Shown here: piece by piece, positions 1 through 7,835 of the stretch | How the letters are laid out: each line of letters starts with the position of its first letter | How positions within the stretch are numbered: the first letter of the stretch is position 1 | Source of the DNA: a virus | Lineage: Duplodnaviria; Caudoviricetes | DNA: 64,000 nucleotides | Direction: 5' to 3' (one strand) | IMG/VR virus record: IMGVR_UViG_3300046615_000208 | Location: 107,753-171,752 of that record | Made by a program: the position numbers and the translations under genes | The notes under the pieces: generated by a model | The model's database searches: none | Told to the model about the DNA's origin: nothing | What the model saw: only the letters and a program-made list of their open reading frames with translations

Positions 1-192
1 GAACTGAGTATCCATAGCAGCCTTTAGGCTTTCCATCTGATCAGGCGACCCCTTGGCCCTTTCGATATCCCTCTTCGCCTTGAAGTGCGAAAGCGAATCT
101 CGGCGGTACGCTTCGTGATCCATCATGCAGTCCACCGTAACGACATGCCTCACCACGATCTTCTTCCCATCAGGTGTCGATAGCAGCTTCAT
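1..192 (-). CDS. hypothetical protein, truncated by window edge
   Basis: Manual translation MKLLSTPDGKKIVVRHVVTVD... open to base 1; ATG overlaps the upstream stop (ATGA); AAGGAG RBS. Confidence 0.7.
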   Translation of the reverse strand, partial: MKLLSTPDGKKIVVRHVVTVDCMMDHEAYRRDSLSHFKAKRDIERAKGSPDQMESLKAAMDTQF

Positions 193-434
193 TTGCTCTC
201 CTTCGGTTTCTTGATCGCTACCTTCTTAATCGCACACGGCCCGTAGTGCCCCTTCCATAATCCACAAGTCCCTTCAGCACACGGACCTTGCCGATCCATC
301 AACTCCTGCTCACGCATAGCCAAGATGCGCTCCAGAACCTGAACACGCACCCCCACACTCTCCCGGAGCCTCTTGTCGATCTTCTTCTCCGCAGCATCGA
401 AGCTCGGAATCCCGAACGATTTCCCGTCTGCCAA
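189..434 (-). CDS. hypothetical protein with C-terminal Cys/His cluster
   Basis: ORF 189..461; TTG at 434 follows GGAGG; C-x4-C-x5-H-x3-C near the C-terminus. Confidence 0.55.
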   Translation of the reverse strand: MADGKSFGIPSFDAAEKKIDKRLRESVGVRVQVLERILAMREQELMDRQGPCAEGTCGLWKGHYGPCAIKKVAIKKPKESK

Positions 435-505
435 AACACCCTCCCTTTTTCCAAATCCCAAAAATAAAATAGAAAAAATTCTACATAACCATACACACTT
501 ACGTG

Positions 506-751
506 TTAACTTCCATCCGCGAGTCCAGCAGCTAGCTCATCGGCTGACAGGATATCCACTGTCACACCGACCTCAGCCAGTATCGCCTTTAGGTCTGCAA
601 TGTTCAGGCCGTCACCACTCCGGAGGTTTGCTGGCGCTGTACACGTCTTGCATTCCTCCACTAGCGGAATCGAATAGCTGTCAGAGTAGTCCACAGTCAC
701 TACGTCCTCCCAGCGTCGGAATCTGCCGCAGATATTACACTTGGCTGTCAT
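506..751 (-). CDS. small zinc-ribbon hypothetical protein
   Basis: MTAKCNIC...ECKTC; start overlaps the thg1 stop (ATGA). Confidence 0.65.
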   Translation of the reverse strand: MTAKCNICGRFRRWEDVVTVDYSDSYSIPLVEECKTCTAPANLRSGDGLNIADLKAILAEVGVTVDILSADELAAGLADGS

Positions 752-1485
752 ACGTTCACCACACCCAGAAGATCGGCTTCCATGAACCTCGGAGCAGGCT
801 CCAGAATCCACTTCTTCCGTGTGAACTTCACCGTTTCCGTCACGCCGTTCTTGCGCGTGAAGGAGGTACTCCCCTGTGTAAGAGCGCGTCGGACCAAGGT
901 TCCTTCCCGCACCCACGGAGCAACATGCTGGTAGTTCACCCCGATCTCGTCCAGCTTACGGATGCGCCCGTACGTGGACACCCCGTCCAGTTCCTTGTGC
1001 GAGAAGTGGTGCGAAGCCAGCATGCTCACGCTGTTCTTGATCGCATCCCCCTGCCGCCAGTCGAGGTAGGCCCTCACATCCCCAAGAGTATGCAAGTGAT
1101 GGACTCGGGCGTCAAACAACGCCACATCCCCACTAGGCCGCAGGGAATTGAACTTCGCAGTCGCCATGGCCGCAGTGATCGAGACGATCTTCTGGGTCTG
1201 ACCGCCGAACCACCAGTCCGTGTTCTCACCAGCAAGATCGGAGAACACCACGGAGATTTCATCCGACTGGGTGTATGCCAGCACAGCCCCGTCAATATTC
1301 TCACACAGGTACCGTGCAGTCTCCTGCATGTCCTGAGTGAATTCCGCGTCGAACGGTTTCTTCAGCTTCTTCGTGTACTTGGAGAAGCCCTTCCCGTCCA
1401 CGCGCACCACGGCGTAGCTCTTCTTGGGGAGGTACAGCCTGTACTCCTTCTCCAAATCCTTCATTACGGTGTTCTCGTTATTCAT
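748..1485 (-). CDS. thg1: tRNA(His) guanylyltransferase, Thg1-like
   Basis: VRVDGKGFSKYT, AYTQSDEIS, FDAR and WRQGDAIKNS are Thg1-family motifs. Confidence 0.93.
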   Translation of the reverse strand: MNNENTVMKDLEKEYRLYLPKKSYAVVRVDGKGFSKYTKKLKKPFDAEFTQDMQETARYLCENIDGAVLAYTQSDEISVVFSDLAGENTDWWFGGQTQKIVSITAAMATAKFNSLRPSGDVALFDARVHHLHTLGDVRAYLDWRQGDAIKNSVSMLASHHFSHKELDGVSTYGRIRKLDEIGVNYQHVAPWVREGTLVRRALTQGSTSFTRKNGVTETVKFTRKKWILEPAPRFMEADLLGVVNV

Positions 1486-1491
1486 GCTTCT

Positions 1492-1520
1492 ACTCTACAC
1501 CTCTTCCCCATTATATGCAA
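1492..1520 (-). promoter_or_regulatory. sigma-A promoter, leaderless, for thg1
   Basis: TTGCAT-17-TAGAGT-6 nt-ATG(1485). Confidence 0.65.
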
Positions 1521-1728
1521 GTCCAGCAGCCACCAATACCGACTTTAGAAGAAAAATCTCGTCTTCCATCTTCTCAATCTGACGCGCAGCGAACTTCGTC
1601 ACACGTAGCAAAGCCTCCGGATCACCCTTGTACAACTCAATCGAATCCTCGATCTCGCTCAGGTAGTACTCGATGGATTCCTTGCGTGCCTCTATCATCT
1701 TCCGAACAGCGTCTTCAACGTTACCCAT
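1495..1728 (-). CDS. hypothetical protein
   Basis: ORF in tightly packed minus-strand run; start MGNVEDAV chosen from overlap with the upstream stop. Confidence 0.6.
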   Translation of the reverse strand: MGNVEDAVRKMIEARKESIEYYLSEIEDSIELYKGDPEALLRVTKFAARQIEKMEDEIFLLKSVLVAAGLAYNGEEV

Positions 1729-2101
1729 CCAGTAGTAGTCCCGCCAAAGAGTCAAGCTCATCCAGTTCGTAGAGGTTCGCCCACACGGCATGGTTCTTGC
1801 CCAGCACAGTCTCTACCTGAATCTGCTTGTAGTAGTCGTCGGCCCTCGTGATGTTTGCCATCACGTCCTTGAACGCAGCATCCTTGTTGTACCCAATTCC
1901 AACCGTAGATACATACTCCGGATTCACCCACACATCCCTTGACAGTCTGAACAGTTCATGTGCAACGGGGTAAACGTCTTCCAATCCCACGGTACTGCCC
2001 GACACCAGCCGTGCAATCTGGTAGTCTTCCTTTCGCTCTACCGTCACGATGTGGTCGAAGTTGACCGAACACCCGTCATCATCCAGCTTTACGCGCCTCA
2101 T
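1721..2101 (-). CDS. hypothetical protein
   Basis: MRRVKL start overlaps the upstream TAA; internal VNxxx(I/V)xTV repeat. Confidence 0.65.
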   Translation of the reverse strand: MRRVKLDDDGCSVNFDHIVTVERKEDYQIARLVSGSTVGLEDVYPVAHELFRLSRDVWVNPEYVSTVGIGYNKDAAFKDVMANITRADDYYKQIQVETVLGKNHAVWANLYELDELDSLAGLLLDG

Positions 2102-2370
2102 TATGCCCTTTCCAGCCAAATCTCTACTTCGGTACGGGTATCTCCCGCGACCCACGACACCTTGATCCGATCTCCGTCCCATTCCTTCATCATCTCCAGA
2201 CCAGACCCGCGTTCCCACCAGTCATCAGCCAGAGCCAGAAACTTCCATCTAGCCACGTCATACGTGTCCCGGAACAACTCGTTCTCCTGCTCGGAGATCA
2301 CGTTGCCCTTCTTCACACCCACACAGCGCATGGTGCCCTTGATGTACCCTCCATTGTCAGGTACCGTCAC
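2101..2370 (-). CDS. hypothetical protein
   Basis: ORF, start/stop coupled to neighbours. Confidence 0.65.
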   Translation of the reverse strand: MTVPDNGGYIKGTMRCVGVKKGNVISEQENELFRDTYDVARWKFLALADDWWERGSGLEMMKEWDGDRIKVSWVAGDTRTEVEIWLERA

Positions 2371-2729
2371 TCGGACACCCTGTACTTAGCTTCAGTCCGC
2401 ACACGCAAAGCAGCGTACTCTGCCGCAACCGCATTTACCTGCATTGCCGCGTCCAAGTAGTGTAACCGCTCCGGAGAGTCATGCCGTTCTTTGTTAGCAG
2501 CCTCAACAAAGTGGTCCCACACTTCATGCAATACCTTCGAACGGAGCCTCATCGTTGCCAGTTCATCTGCTTTTCTATCTACTGAATCCATCTTTTTCCT
2601 CTCATCTTTATCACATCTGTGATAGCCTTTAGCAATCAGCGTGTCTGTAATCAGTCCCATTTTCGAGGGAGCCTTAGAAAACAGGCACTCCTGTACCAAG
2701 GCCATCATGTCAATGCGGTCATCCCACAT
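2367..2729 (-). CDS. hypothetical protein
   Basis: ORF with GAGG RBS, coupled to neighbours. Confidence 0.65.
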   Translation of the reverse strand: MWDDRIDMMALVQECLFSKAPSKMGLITDTLIAKGYHRCDKDERKKMDSVDRKADELATMRLRSKVLHEVWDHFVEAANKERHDSPERLHYLDAAMQVNAVAAEYAALRVRTEAKYRVSE

Positions 2730-2997
2730 CGTAGCCGCCTCTCAGGCCAGTAACCACGTATCCGACCAAGCTGTTTACTTCCTTGCCTCGCGGAACCATC
2801 CCACGGCGCTTCAAAAAGCTGTAGACAAACGGATAGGACCGAGACACGCTCTCATCTGAGAACATCACGGCGTCCGCAGCAGCCAGAACCCTTTCCATGC
2901 GGATTGTCGCAGAAGCGACGAGGTCCTGATCCTCCCATTCATCGATCTTCGGGTGCCCAGCTAAAAGAGCAGCCCTTAGTCTCGCTTCATCGTTCAA
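2719..2997 (-). CDS. hypothetical protein
   Basis: ORF, AAGGAG RBS, TTG start overlapping the upstream stop. Confidence 0.65.
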   Translation of the reverse strand: MNDEARLRAALLAGHPKIDEWEDQDLVASATIRMERVLAAADAVMFSDESVSRSYPFVYSFLKRRGMVPRGKEVNSLVGYVVTGLRGGYDVG

Positions 2998-3347
2998 ATC
3001 TTATCTCCTTCTAGAGTTGGTGCAAGCCAGCAGTTGCAGTTACGGCGTACGCTTACGGGACGCCCCCGGTAGAGTTCCCGGATTGGGAAGTAGACAGCGC
3101 ATCGGTGGTCGTGCACGTCCCACTGCCGTTCGAAGGTGAGGATGATGGCTCGCTGGGTTTCAAAGTCCTCCGGAAACGGCTCGGAGAGCCAGCAGTCACA
3201 CTGCGGGAAGATGTACACGTCGTACGTTTCGCCGGTTAGTTCGTTCGTGGGCGGGATGTAACGCTTCCGGGTGTTGCAGGAGGACTGGTGGAAGCCTTTG
3301 GCGTTGAATTCTAGTAGCAGTAGCTCAGCGCGTTCCTCAGGACTCAC
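2994..3347 (-). CDS. protein with two H-x3-C...C-x-C-W-L metal-binding repeats
   Basis: HQSSC...CDCWL and HDHRC...CNCWL. Confidence 0.65.
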   Translation of the reverse strand: MSPEERAELLLLEFNAKGFHQSSCNTRKRYIPPTNELTGETYDVYIFPQCDCWLSEPFPEDFETQRAIILTFERQWDVHDHRCAVYFPIRELYRGRPVSVRRNCNCWLAPTLEGDKI

Positions 3348-3514
3348 CTAAGCCCCGCCAAAAACTTATCCACCCTAGCCAGTCGCTTTCGGGAATTCCT
3401 GATCTCAGCCAGTGCCCGAAGCTCGCCAACAGAGCACTTTGCAAGATGTTTGTCGAAGAACTCCCGGCTCAGCACCATAAGCTCTTCATCGTAATCGGAC
3501 CTGTAATCAGCCAT
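3344..3514 (-). CDS. 56-aa hypothetical protein (not in the ORF track)
   Basis: Manual translation MADYRSDYDEELMVLSREFFDKHL...LAGLR*; fills the gap; stop overlaps the next GTG. Confidence 0.6.
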   Translation of the reverse strand: MADYRSDYDEELMVLSREFFDKHLAKCSVGELRALAEIRNSRKRLARVDKFLAGLR

Positions 3515-3752
3515 TCTCTCTCGCTTTCTTCTTCAAATCAAAATGATACCAGCGCACCTTGCGCCAGAAGATAGACCAGACCGGTCTGGAACCACCGGGT
3601 TGAGTCGCAACATCGGCGTACCAAAGCTGCCCACACGTTTTACACTCGATGACAGCCCCGTGAGCTAGGCTAGGAGGCTCGAATGAGACGTAGAGGCCCG
3701 CATCACACTTGTGTGGCGGCTGGGGCTTCTCAGGGGCATACAGCGTGATCAT
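3507..3752 (-). CDS. WYH-family Zn-binding microprotein, copy 1
   Basis: HKC...IECKTC...W...WRKVRWYH; start MITLYAP after GGAG. Confidence 0.75.
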   Translation of the reverse strand: MITLYAPEKPQPPHKCDAGLYVSFEPPSLAHGAVIECKTCGQLWYADVATQPGGSRPVWSIFWRKVRWYHFDLKKKARENG

Positions 3753-3753
3753 G

Positions 3754-3999
3754 TCAGGCAATTTTACTCCTAAGAACCCAGTGATACCAGCGCAGCTTTC
3801 GCCATTTATTCTTTCTACAGTCTCCGTAATCCACATGTGCCCACCAGCGCTGTGCACACTGGTCACACTCCATGATGGTGTACGGTTCTACCGGGAGATA
3901 CTGGTTCAGCACGTTTAGTTTCGGCAGCTTGCACCGATGCTCGGCTGCCGGGTTGTACAGCAGTACCATTTCGTTCTGGTCAAATTCTCTCGATTCCAT
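3754..3999 (-). CDS. WYH-family Zn-binding microprotein, copy 2
   Basis: HRC...MECDQC...WW...WRKLRWYH; AAGGAGG RBS. Confidence 0.8.
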   Translation of the reverse strand: MESREFDQNEMVLLYNPAAEHRCKLPKLNVLNQYLPVEPYTIMECDQCAQRWWAHVDYGDCRKNKWRKLRWYHWVLRSKIA

Positions 4000-4029
4000 T
4001 ACTTCCTCCTTTTCTTTAGTCCACCCTCC

Positions 4030-4058
4030 ATACTACCTGATTTTAACGACAAAAGCAA
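4030..4058 (-). promoter_or_regulatory. sigma-A promoter for the first WYH pair
   Basis: TTGCTT-17-TAGTAT. Confidence 0.6.
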
Positions 4059-4065
4059 GCCCACC

Positions 4066-4257
4066 CTAGAGGGGCCAGCGCTTGAGGAATTCCTCGTCTG
4101 AGACGATTTCCCACTCCGGTTCCCCTGCCCTGCAAGCCTCACAGTAGTCATTGGGTTGAGGCCCAACTACCACAGTCTCTCCGGATACGTAAACGTCGAA
4201 TTCGTTGCACTCGGTGCAGATCGACCGGGAGCCATCTGCTGTTCGTATGTGTGTCAT
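4066..4257 (-). CDS. small zinc-ribbon protein
   Basis: CTEC...CEAC; AAGGAGG RBS before MTHIRT. Confidence 0.65.
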   Translation of the reverse strand: MTHIRTADGSRSICTECNEFDVYVSGETVVVGPQPNDYCEACRAGEPEWEIVSDEEFLKRWPL

Positions 4258-4270
4258 CTTTCCTCCTTCC

Positions 4271-4642
4271 TTACAGGTCTTTGGCGATGCCACGGAGACG
4301 GTATGAAACATCCCGCATAGTCATCCGCAGTCGCAACATGTTCGTTTCCGTATTGGCGTCAGTCTCAAGCCTATCGGCAAGCTTGACAAGCTCAGCAGCA
4401 AGGCCCGGTTCTACATGTTCGGCGTTGATGTCCGTGTAGATGGCCTCATTGATCTGAGCGGTAAGAACCGCTTCATGTTCTGCATCGGCAATGAGTTCCA
4501 GCGTGTCGTACGTCACCAACACAACCTTATTCTTCTCCCGGTCGAAGACCACATCCACCTTGGACGGGTCAAACTGGTCGGAGATTACGGTACCGAACTT
4601 CTGCCGGTTGTAGAGGACCCGGTCGCCCTTCTTGAACCTCAT
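4271..4642 (-). CDS. hypothetical protein with N-terminal SH3/KOW-like barrel
   Basis: FKKGDRV...FGTV...VDVVFD pattern. Confidence 0.65.
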   Translation of the reverse strand: MRFKKGDRVLYNRQKFGTVISDQFDPSKVDVVFDREKNKVVLVTYDTLELIADAEHEAVLTAQINEAIYTDINAEHVEPGLAAELVKLADRLETDANTETNMLRLRMTMRDVSYRLRGIAKDL

Positions 4643-4818
4643 GAGCCTAGGCTTTCTGAGCACTTGGTGCAGGTTACCTCGGTGACCTTGTGTTCCACGG
4701 CAGTAGGGTCCGGGACCTGCTTGCCACACAGGGTGGCCCACTTGTCCGTCTTGTAGTCCATGACGAACGCGGCATGGACCCTTCCGTGAAGGTGTACCGG
4801 GAAGATTGTTGTAGGCAT
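4639..4818 (-). CDS. small Cys/His metal-binding protein
   Basis: VHAA...TLCG...VTCTKC; AAGGAG RBS. Confidence 0.65.
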   Translation of the reverse strand: MPTTIFPVHLHGRVHAAFVMDYKTDKWATLCGKQVPDPTAVEHKVTEVTCTKCSESLGS

Positions 4819-4858
4819 CTCTCTTTCTCCTTTTCTATAGGCTTGATTGATGCCCCCT

Positions 4859-4887
4859 AGCATAGATGCACGGCCACCGTATGTCAA
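4859..4887 (-). promoter_or_regulatory. sigma-A promoter
   Basis: TTGACA-17-TATGCT; -35 overlaps the upstream TGA stop. Confidence 0.7.
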
Positions 4888-5138
4888 GCGCCCCGCACCG
4901 CATCGATTGCTACGCCGTAGAGTCTCCGCAACTCGCGAGCCTCAGCGGCTTCCTGTTTGGCGAGATCGCGGCTGGCTTTAATGGTGGGCAGACTCGGCAG
5001 GTCGTGTTCCTGATTAAAGATCATGTCTGCGTCGTACCGGTTCACCGTGGTGTCCCAGCGTTTTACCTCGGCGTTGGCTTGCTTCTCATCCGCTTCGAGG
5101 GCTATCAGCAGCTTCTCTTTGGGTGTTCGCTTTGACAC
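4884..5138 (-). CDS. hypothetical protein
   Basis: ORF, AAGGAG RBS, GTG start. Confidence 0.7.
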   Translation of the reverse strand: MSKRTPKEKLLIALEADEKQANAEVKRWDTTVNRYDADMIFNQEHDLPSLPTIKASRDLAKQEAAEARELRRLYGVAIDAVRGA

Positions 5139-5227
5139 GGTGACTCCTTTCGGACCAATAGGGATCAGAAGACCCTTCCCGGAGGAAGGGCCTTCTGTGG
5201 CGGATACCGCCTACCTGATACAGTATA

Positions 5228-5257
5228 ATCCTACCGCACTGACCCGGCATCTGTCAA
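5228..5257 (-). promoter_or_regulatory. sigma-A promoter
   Basis: TTGACA-18-TAGGAT. Confidence 0.6.
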
Positions 5258-5258
5258 C

Positions 5259-5609
5259 TCACCGGATCGGCATGATCCTTACCGGGTACGCCCCGGCAGG
5301 CCGTACAAATACTGCCTGCCTGTTCCCGTACCGTACCTGCTGAAGCTCCACAGAGTATACAGCAATCTTGTACCCGAGGTCCGCAAGCGAATCGTCATAC
5401 CCGGCAAACCATTCCTCCAGAGCGCAAAGAGTAGGGAACCCGCACACCTCGTCCGGGTAGATTCCATCCAGCATGGGGTCGTCAAAGGGGTCCGGGTGTT
5501 CCTCATCCCCATGGACGGCAAACATGTGTGCCAGTTCTTCGTTGTCTTCGTTACCTGCATACGGCCCCGCACCGTGTGCAGACTCTACCCTAAACATAGA
5601 GACCTTCAT
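5259..5609 (-). CDS. hypothetical protein
   Basis: FRVE...GPY...P.P..D...CGF...L..WF pattern; start MKVSMF. Confidence 0.7.
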   Translation of the reverse strand: MKVSMFRVESAHGAGPYAGNEDNEELAHMFAVHGDEEHPDPFDDPMLDGIYPDEVCGFPTLCALEEWFAGYDDSLADLGYKIAVYSVELQQVRYGNRQAVFVRPAGAYPVRIMPIR

Positions 5610-5763
5610 TTTCCCTGCCAATCCATAATTACAGCCTTGCTATTTATGCCGGGACAAAAATATGGGCGCACCACTGGGGCACGCCTTCAACCCGCACCGT
5701 GTGTCCCGCACGGTGCATGTCTATGTAGTTGTCCGACCGGCAAGCTGCTTTACCGGATCAGGG

Positions 5764-5979
5764 TTACTTCTTCTTCAGGAGGGCCTTGCCGTGGCTGCTG
5801 CGTGTCGGCTCGGAGAGCCGTACCGCATCACCTATAAAACAGTAGGCCGCACCTTCATTCGTACTGACCCGCACCGTATCGCAGTTCAGTTGCCTGTCCT
5901 CTACCACGCCTTCAAGCCCCTTATAGGGTCCAGCCGTGATCCGTACCGCATCTCCAACATCAATAATGGCTTGGTTCAT
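5764..5979 (-). CDS. KOW-motif protein
   Basis: GDAVRITAGPYKGLEGVVE is a NusG/L24-type KOW motif; leaderless promoter upstream. Confidence 0.75.
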   Translation of the reverse strand: MNQAIIDVGDAVRITAGPYKGLEGVVEDRQLNCDTVRVSTNEGAAYCFIGDAVRLSEPTRSSHGKALLKKK

Positions 5980-5985
5980 ACCTAG

Positions 5986-6014
5986 AGCTTACCCGGCACT
6001 ACTTGGTTTATCAA
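5986..6014 (-). promoter_or_regulatory. sigma-A promoter, leaderless
   Basis: TTGATA-17-TAAGCT-6 nt-ATG(5979). Confidence 0.7.
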
Positions 6015-6060
6015 ATCGATACGCATTATGACTACTTGACTTGACTTTTGGCACTACTTG
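5998..6060. repeat. three direct repeats of ACTACTTG
   Basis: Copies start at 5998, 6031 and 6053; two extend to GGCACTACTTG. Confidence 0.7.
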
Positions 6061-6132
6061 TGTTTAGGATCAAAAACCCCGGAATCTAGCGGTTTTTAGG
6101 GTGCCACCACAGACGATTTCAAAAATAGGGGG

Positions 6133-6161
6133 TTGCATAGTGTTGCGTGTCGGCGTAGTGT
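6133..6161 (+). promoter_or_regulatory. sigma-A promoter for the DGQHR gene
   Basis: TTGCAT-17-TAGTGT. Confidence 0.65.
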
Positions 6162-6245
6162 TTGAGTCATGGAAAGCAGCCGACCAAGGAGGCCTACCAG
6201 ACAACAAACAAATCAATCAAACACCAACCGAAAGGAAATCATATC

Positions 6246-7667
6246 ATGACTACCAAGACCCTCACTCGCGGACAGAAGGCAGCAGCAACCCGTCGAAGCA
6301 ACATCGAGAAGGCCGAGGCCATGGCAGCAGCGGTAAAGGAAGACGCGGCAGCAGCCCTCGCGGCGGAAAATCTTCCGAAGGGTTCAGCCGCTCCCAAGGT
6401 CGATCCGATGTTCTCGGACGAAATCGACCCCAACGAGAACATCGACACCGAAGGTCTTCCCGAGGAAGTCGAGGACGAACTGGACGAGGAAGACACGCCG
6501 GAAGTGCAGAAGGAATTCCGGATGCAAATCCTGACGGAGTTCGTCCCCGGTAAGGCGGCACTCGCCACACTGACACCGCAGGCTCTGAAGTCTCTGGCGT
6601 TCGTCTCCACCTACAACACCATCGATGACCAGTCCTCCAGCCCACGCCAGCACGGCTACCAGCGCGATCCGCTGGACGCACGGTTCCCCGCCATCGGTCG
6701 GTACTTCGCCCAGCAGGAGGGTGACGGGGTCCACACCCACGCACACCTGATCACGCCGATCATCGCGTCGGTGCGCGTCTACTCCGACAAGGAGCGGGAA
6801 GAGTTCGTCAAGCTCTTCAACGAGGGCGACATCCACGCGATCCACGAACGCTTCGGTCGCTCGGTGGTCTCCATCGTGGACGGCCAGCACCGAACCGGAG
6901 GCCTGTTCTGGGCTTGGGAGAAGGAACACGACTTCAACCCGGACGTGCCGGTGATGCTGTACTTCGGACTCCGCTACGCCGATGAGGCCACGCTGTTCGA
7001 TGACATCAACACCAACCAGCGCAAGCTCCCCAAGGCGCTCATCGAGGCCACCAAGGTCCACATGGAGGCAGGCGAGAAGTCCCACGCCCAGACCATCCGT
7101 GAGGTTGCGTTCGACCTCGCACAGGACGGCGACTCTCCGTGGTACGGCCAGATCAACATGACCGGTGCACGCGACCCGGAGAAGCCCATCTCCTACGAGG
7201 GCCTGCGCCGTGCTACTGGCAACATGCTTCAGGAGAAGCTGATTGCCCGTCTGGAGCGGCAGGGGATGGCTCTGGACACGGTCGCCAAGAAGTACTGGGA
7301 GATGGTCGCTCGGGCCTGTGCCCCGGCATGGCAGGAGCGTCCGCGCATCGTCCGCACCGACGAGGGGACCGAAGAGGAACAGGTCAAGTACCGCCTGAAG
7401 GATTTGGCTGGCGTGGCATCCGTGTCGCGTGTCGGCTTCGACATCCTGAACACGGCACTGGATCAGTCCAAGACCGACGAGGACTTCTGGAGCGCTGTGG
7501 CCTCCATGGTCTCCAAGCTCGGCGTCATCGACTGGGAGAAGCGTCCGGGCAACCCTTGGACCGCTGCCGGGGCCGGTTTCGCAGGAATGACCGGCCTCTA
7601 CAAGATGCTCTACGAACTGGTGTACTTGGACAAGTCGCCCGGTGTCTCTGCCGAAGCTGAAGAGTAG
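6246..7667 (+). CDS. DGQHR-domain protein (DndB/ParB-like superfamily)
   Basis: GYQR, IVDGQHR and LFDDINTNQRKL motifs; GAAAGGA RBS before MTTKT; strong C/G third-position bias. Confidence 0.85.
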   Translation: MTTKTLTRGQKAAATRRSNIEKAEAMAAAVKEDAAAALAAENLPKGSAAPKVDPMFSDEIDPNENIDTEGLPEEVEDELDEEDTPEVQKEFRMQILTEFVPGKAALATLTPQALKSLAFVSTYNTIDDQSSSPRQHGYQRDPLDARFPAIGRYFAQQEGDGVHTHAHLITPIIASVRVYSDKEREEFVKLFNEGDIHAIHERFGRSVVSIVDGQHRTGGLFWAWEKEHDFNPDVPVMLYFGLRYADEATLFDDINTNQRKLPKALIEATKVHMEAGEKSHAQTIREVAFDLAQDGDSPWYGQINMTGARDPEKPISYEGLRRATGNMLQEKLIARLERQGMALDTVAKKYWEMVARACAPAWQERPRIVRTDEGTEEEQVKYRLKDLAGVASVSRVGFDILNTALDQSKTDEDFWSAVASMVSKLGVIDWEKRPGNPWTAAGAGFAGMTGLYKMLYELVYLDKSPGVSAEAEE

Positions 7668-7673
7668 CCCAGT

Positions 7674-7714
7674 AGGAAAGGCCCCGGTCCCCCCAAAGGA
7701 CCGGGGTCTTTCTC
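7674..7714 (+). terminator. intrinsic terminator, possibly bidirectional
   Basis: GAAAGGCCCCGGTCC / GGACCGGGGTCTTTC stem right after the stop codon. Confidence 0.8.
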
Positions 7715-7719
7715 TGGCC

Positions 7720-7835
7720 AAAAGAAGAGGCCACCCGGCCCGCACGTTGGGGGACTAGTCAAACCGGGTGACCTCATCAATCGGGGGGTTCCGACACCCA
7801 CCTACCGCAACAAAGCCGTTCGCTCCTGTGTTGGT
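7720..7835 (-). ncRNA. candidate ~115-nt small RNA with two C-rich loops
   Basis: Own promoter TTGTGA-17-TAGAAT (7870-7842), hairpin with a CCCCCC run, 14-bp stem with a CCCCC loop, then TTCTTTT; no credible ORF. Confidence 0.5.

Noticed and set aside
373-1548. 391-aa plus-strand ORF
   Set aside because: Antisense shadow of thg1 and neighbours; no motifs or RBS
5606-5626. Six-codon uORF (MDWQGK) overlapping the 5609 start
   Set aside because: Too short to distinguish from chance, and no well-spaced promoter places +1 at its ATG
6384-7745. 453-aa minus-strand ORF
   Set aside because: Antisense to the codon-biased DGQHR gene and runs through its terminator
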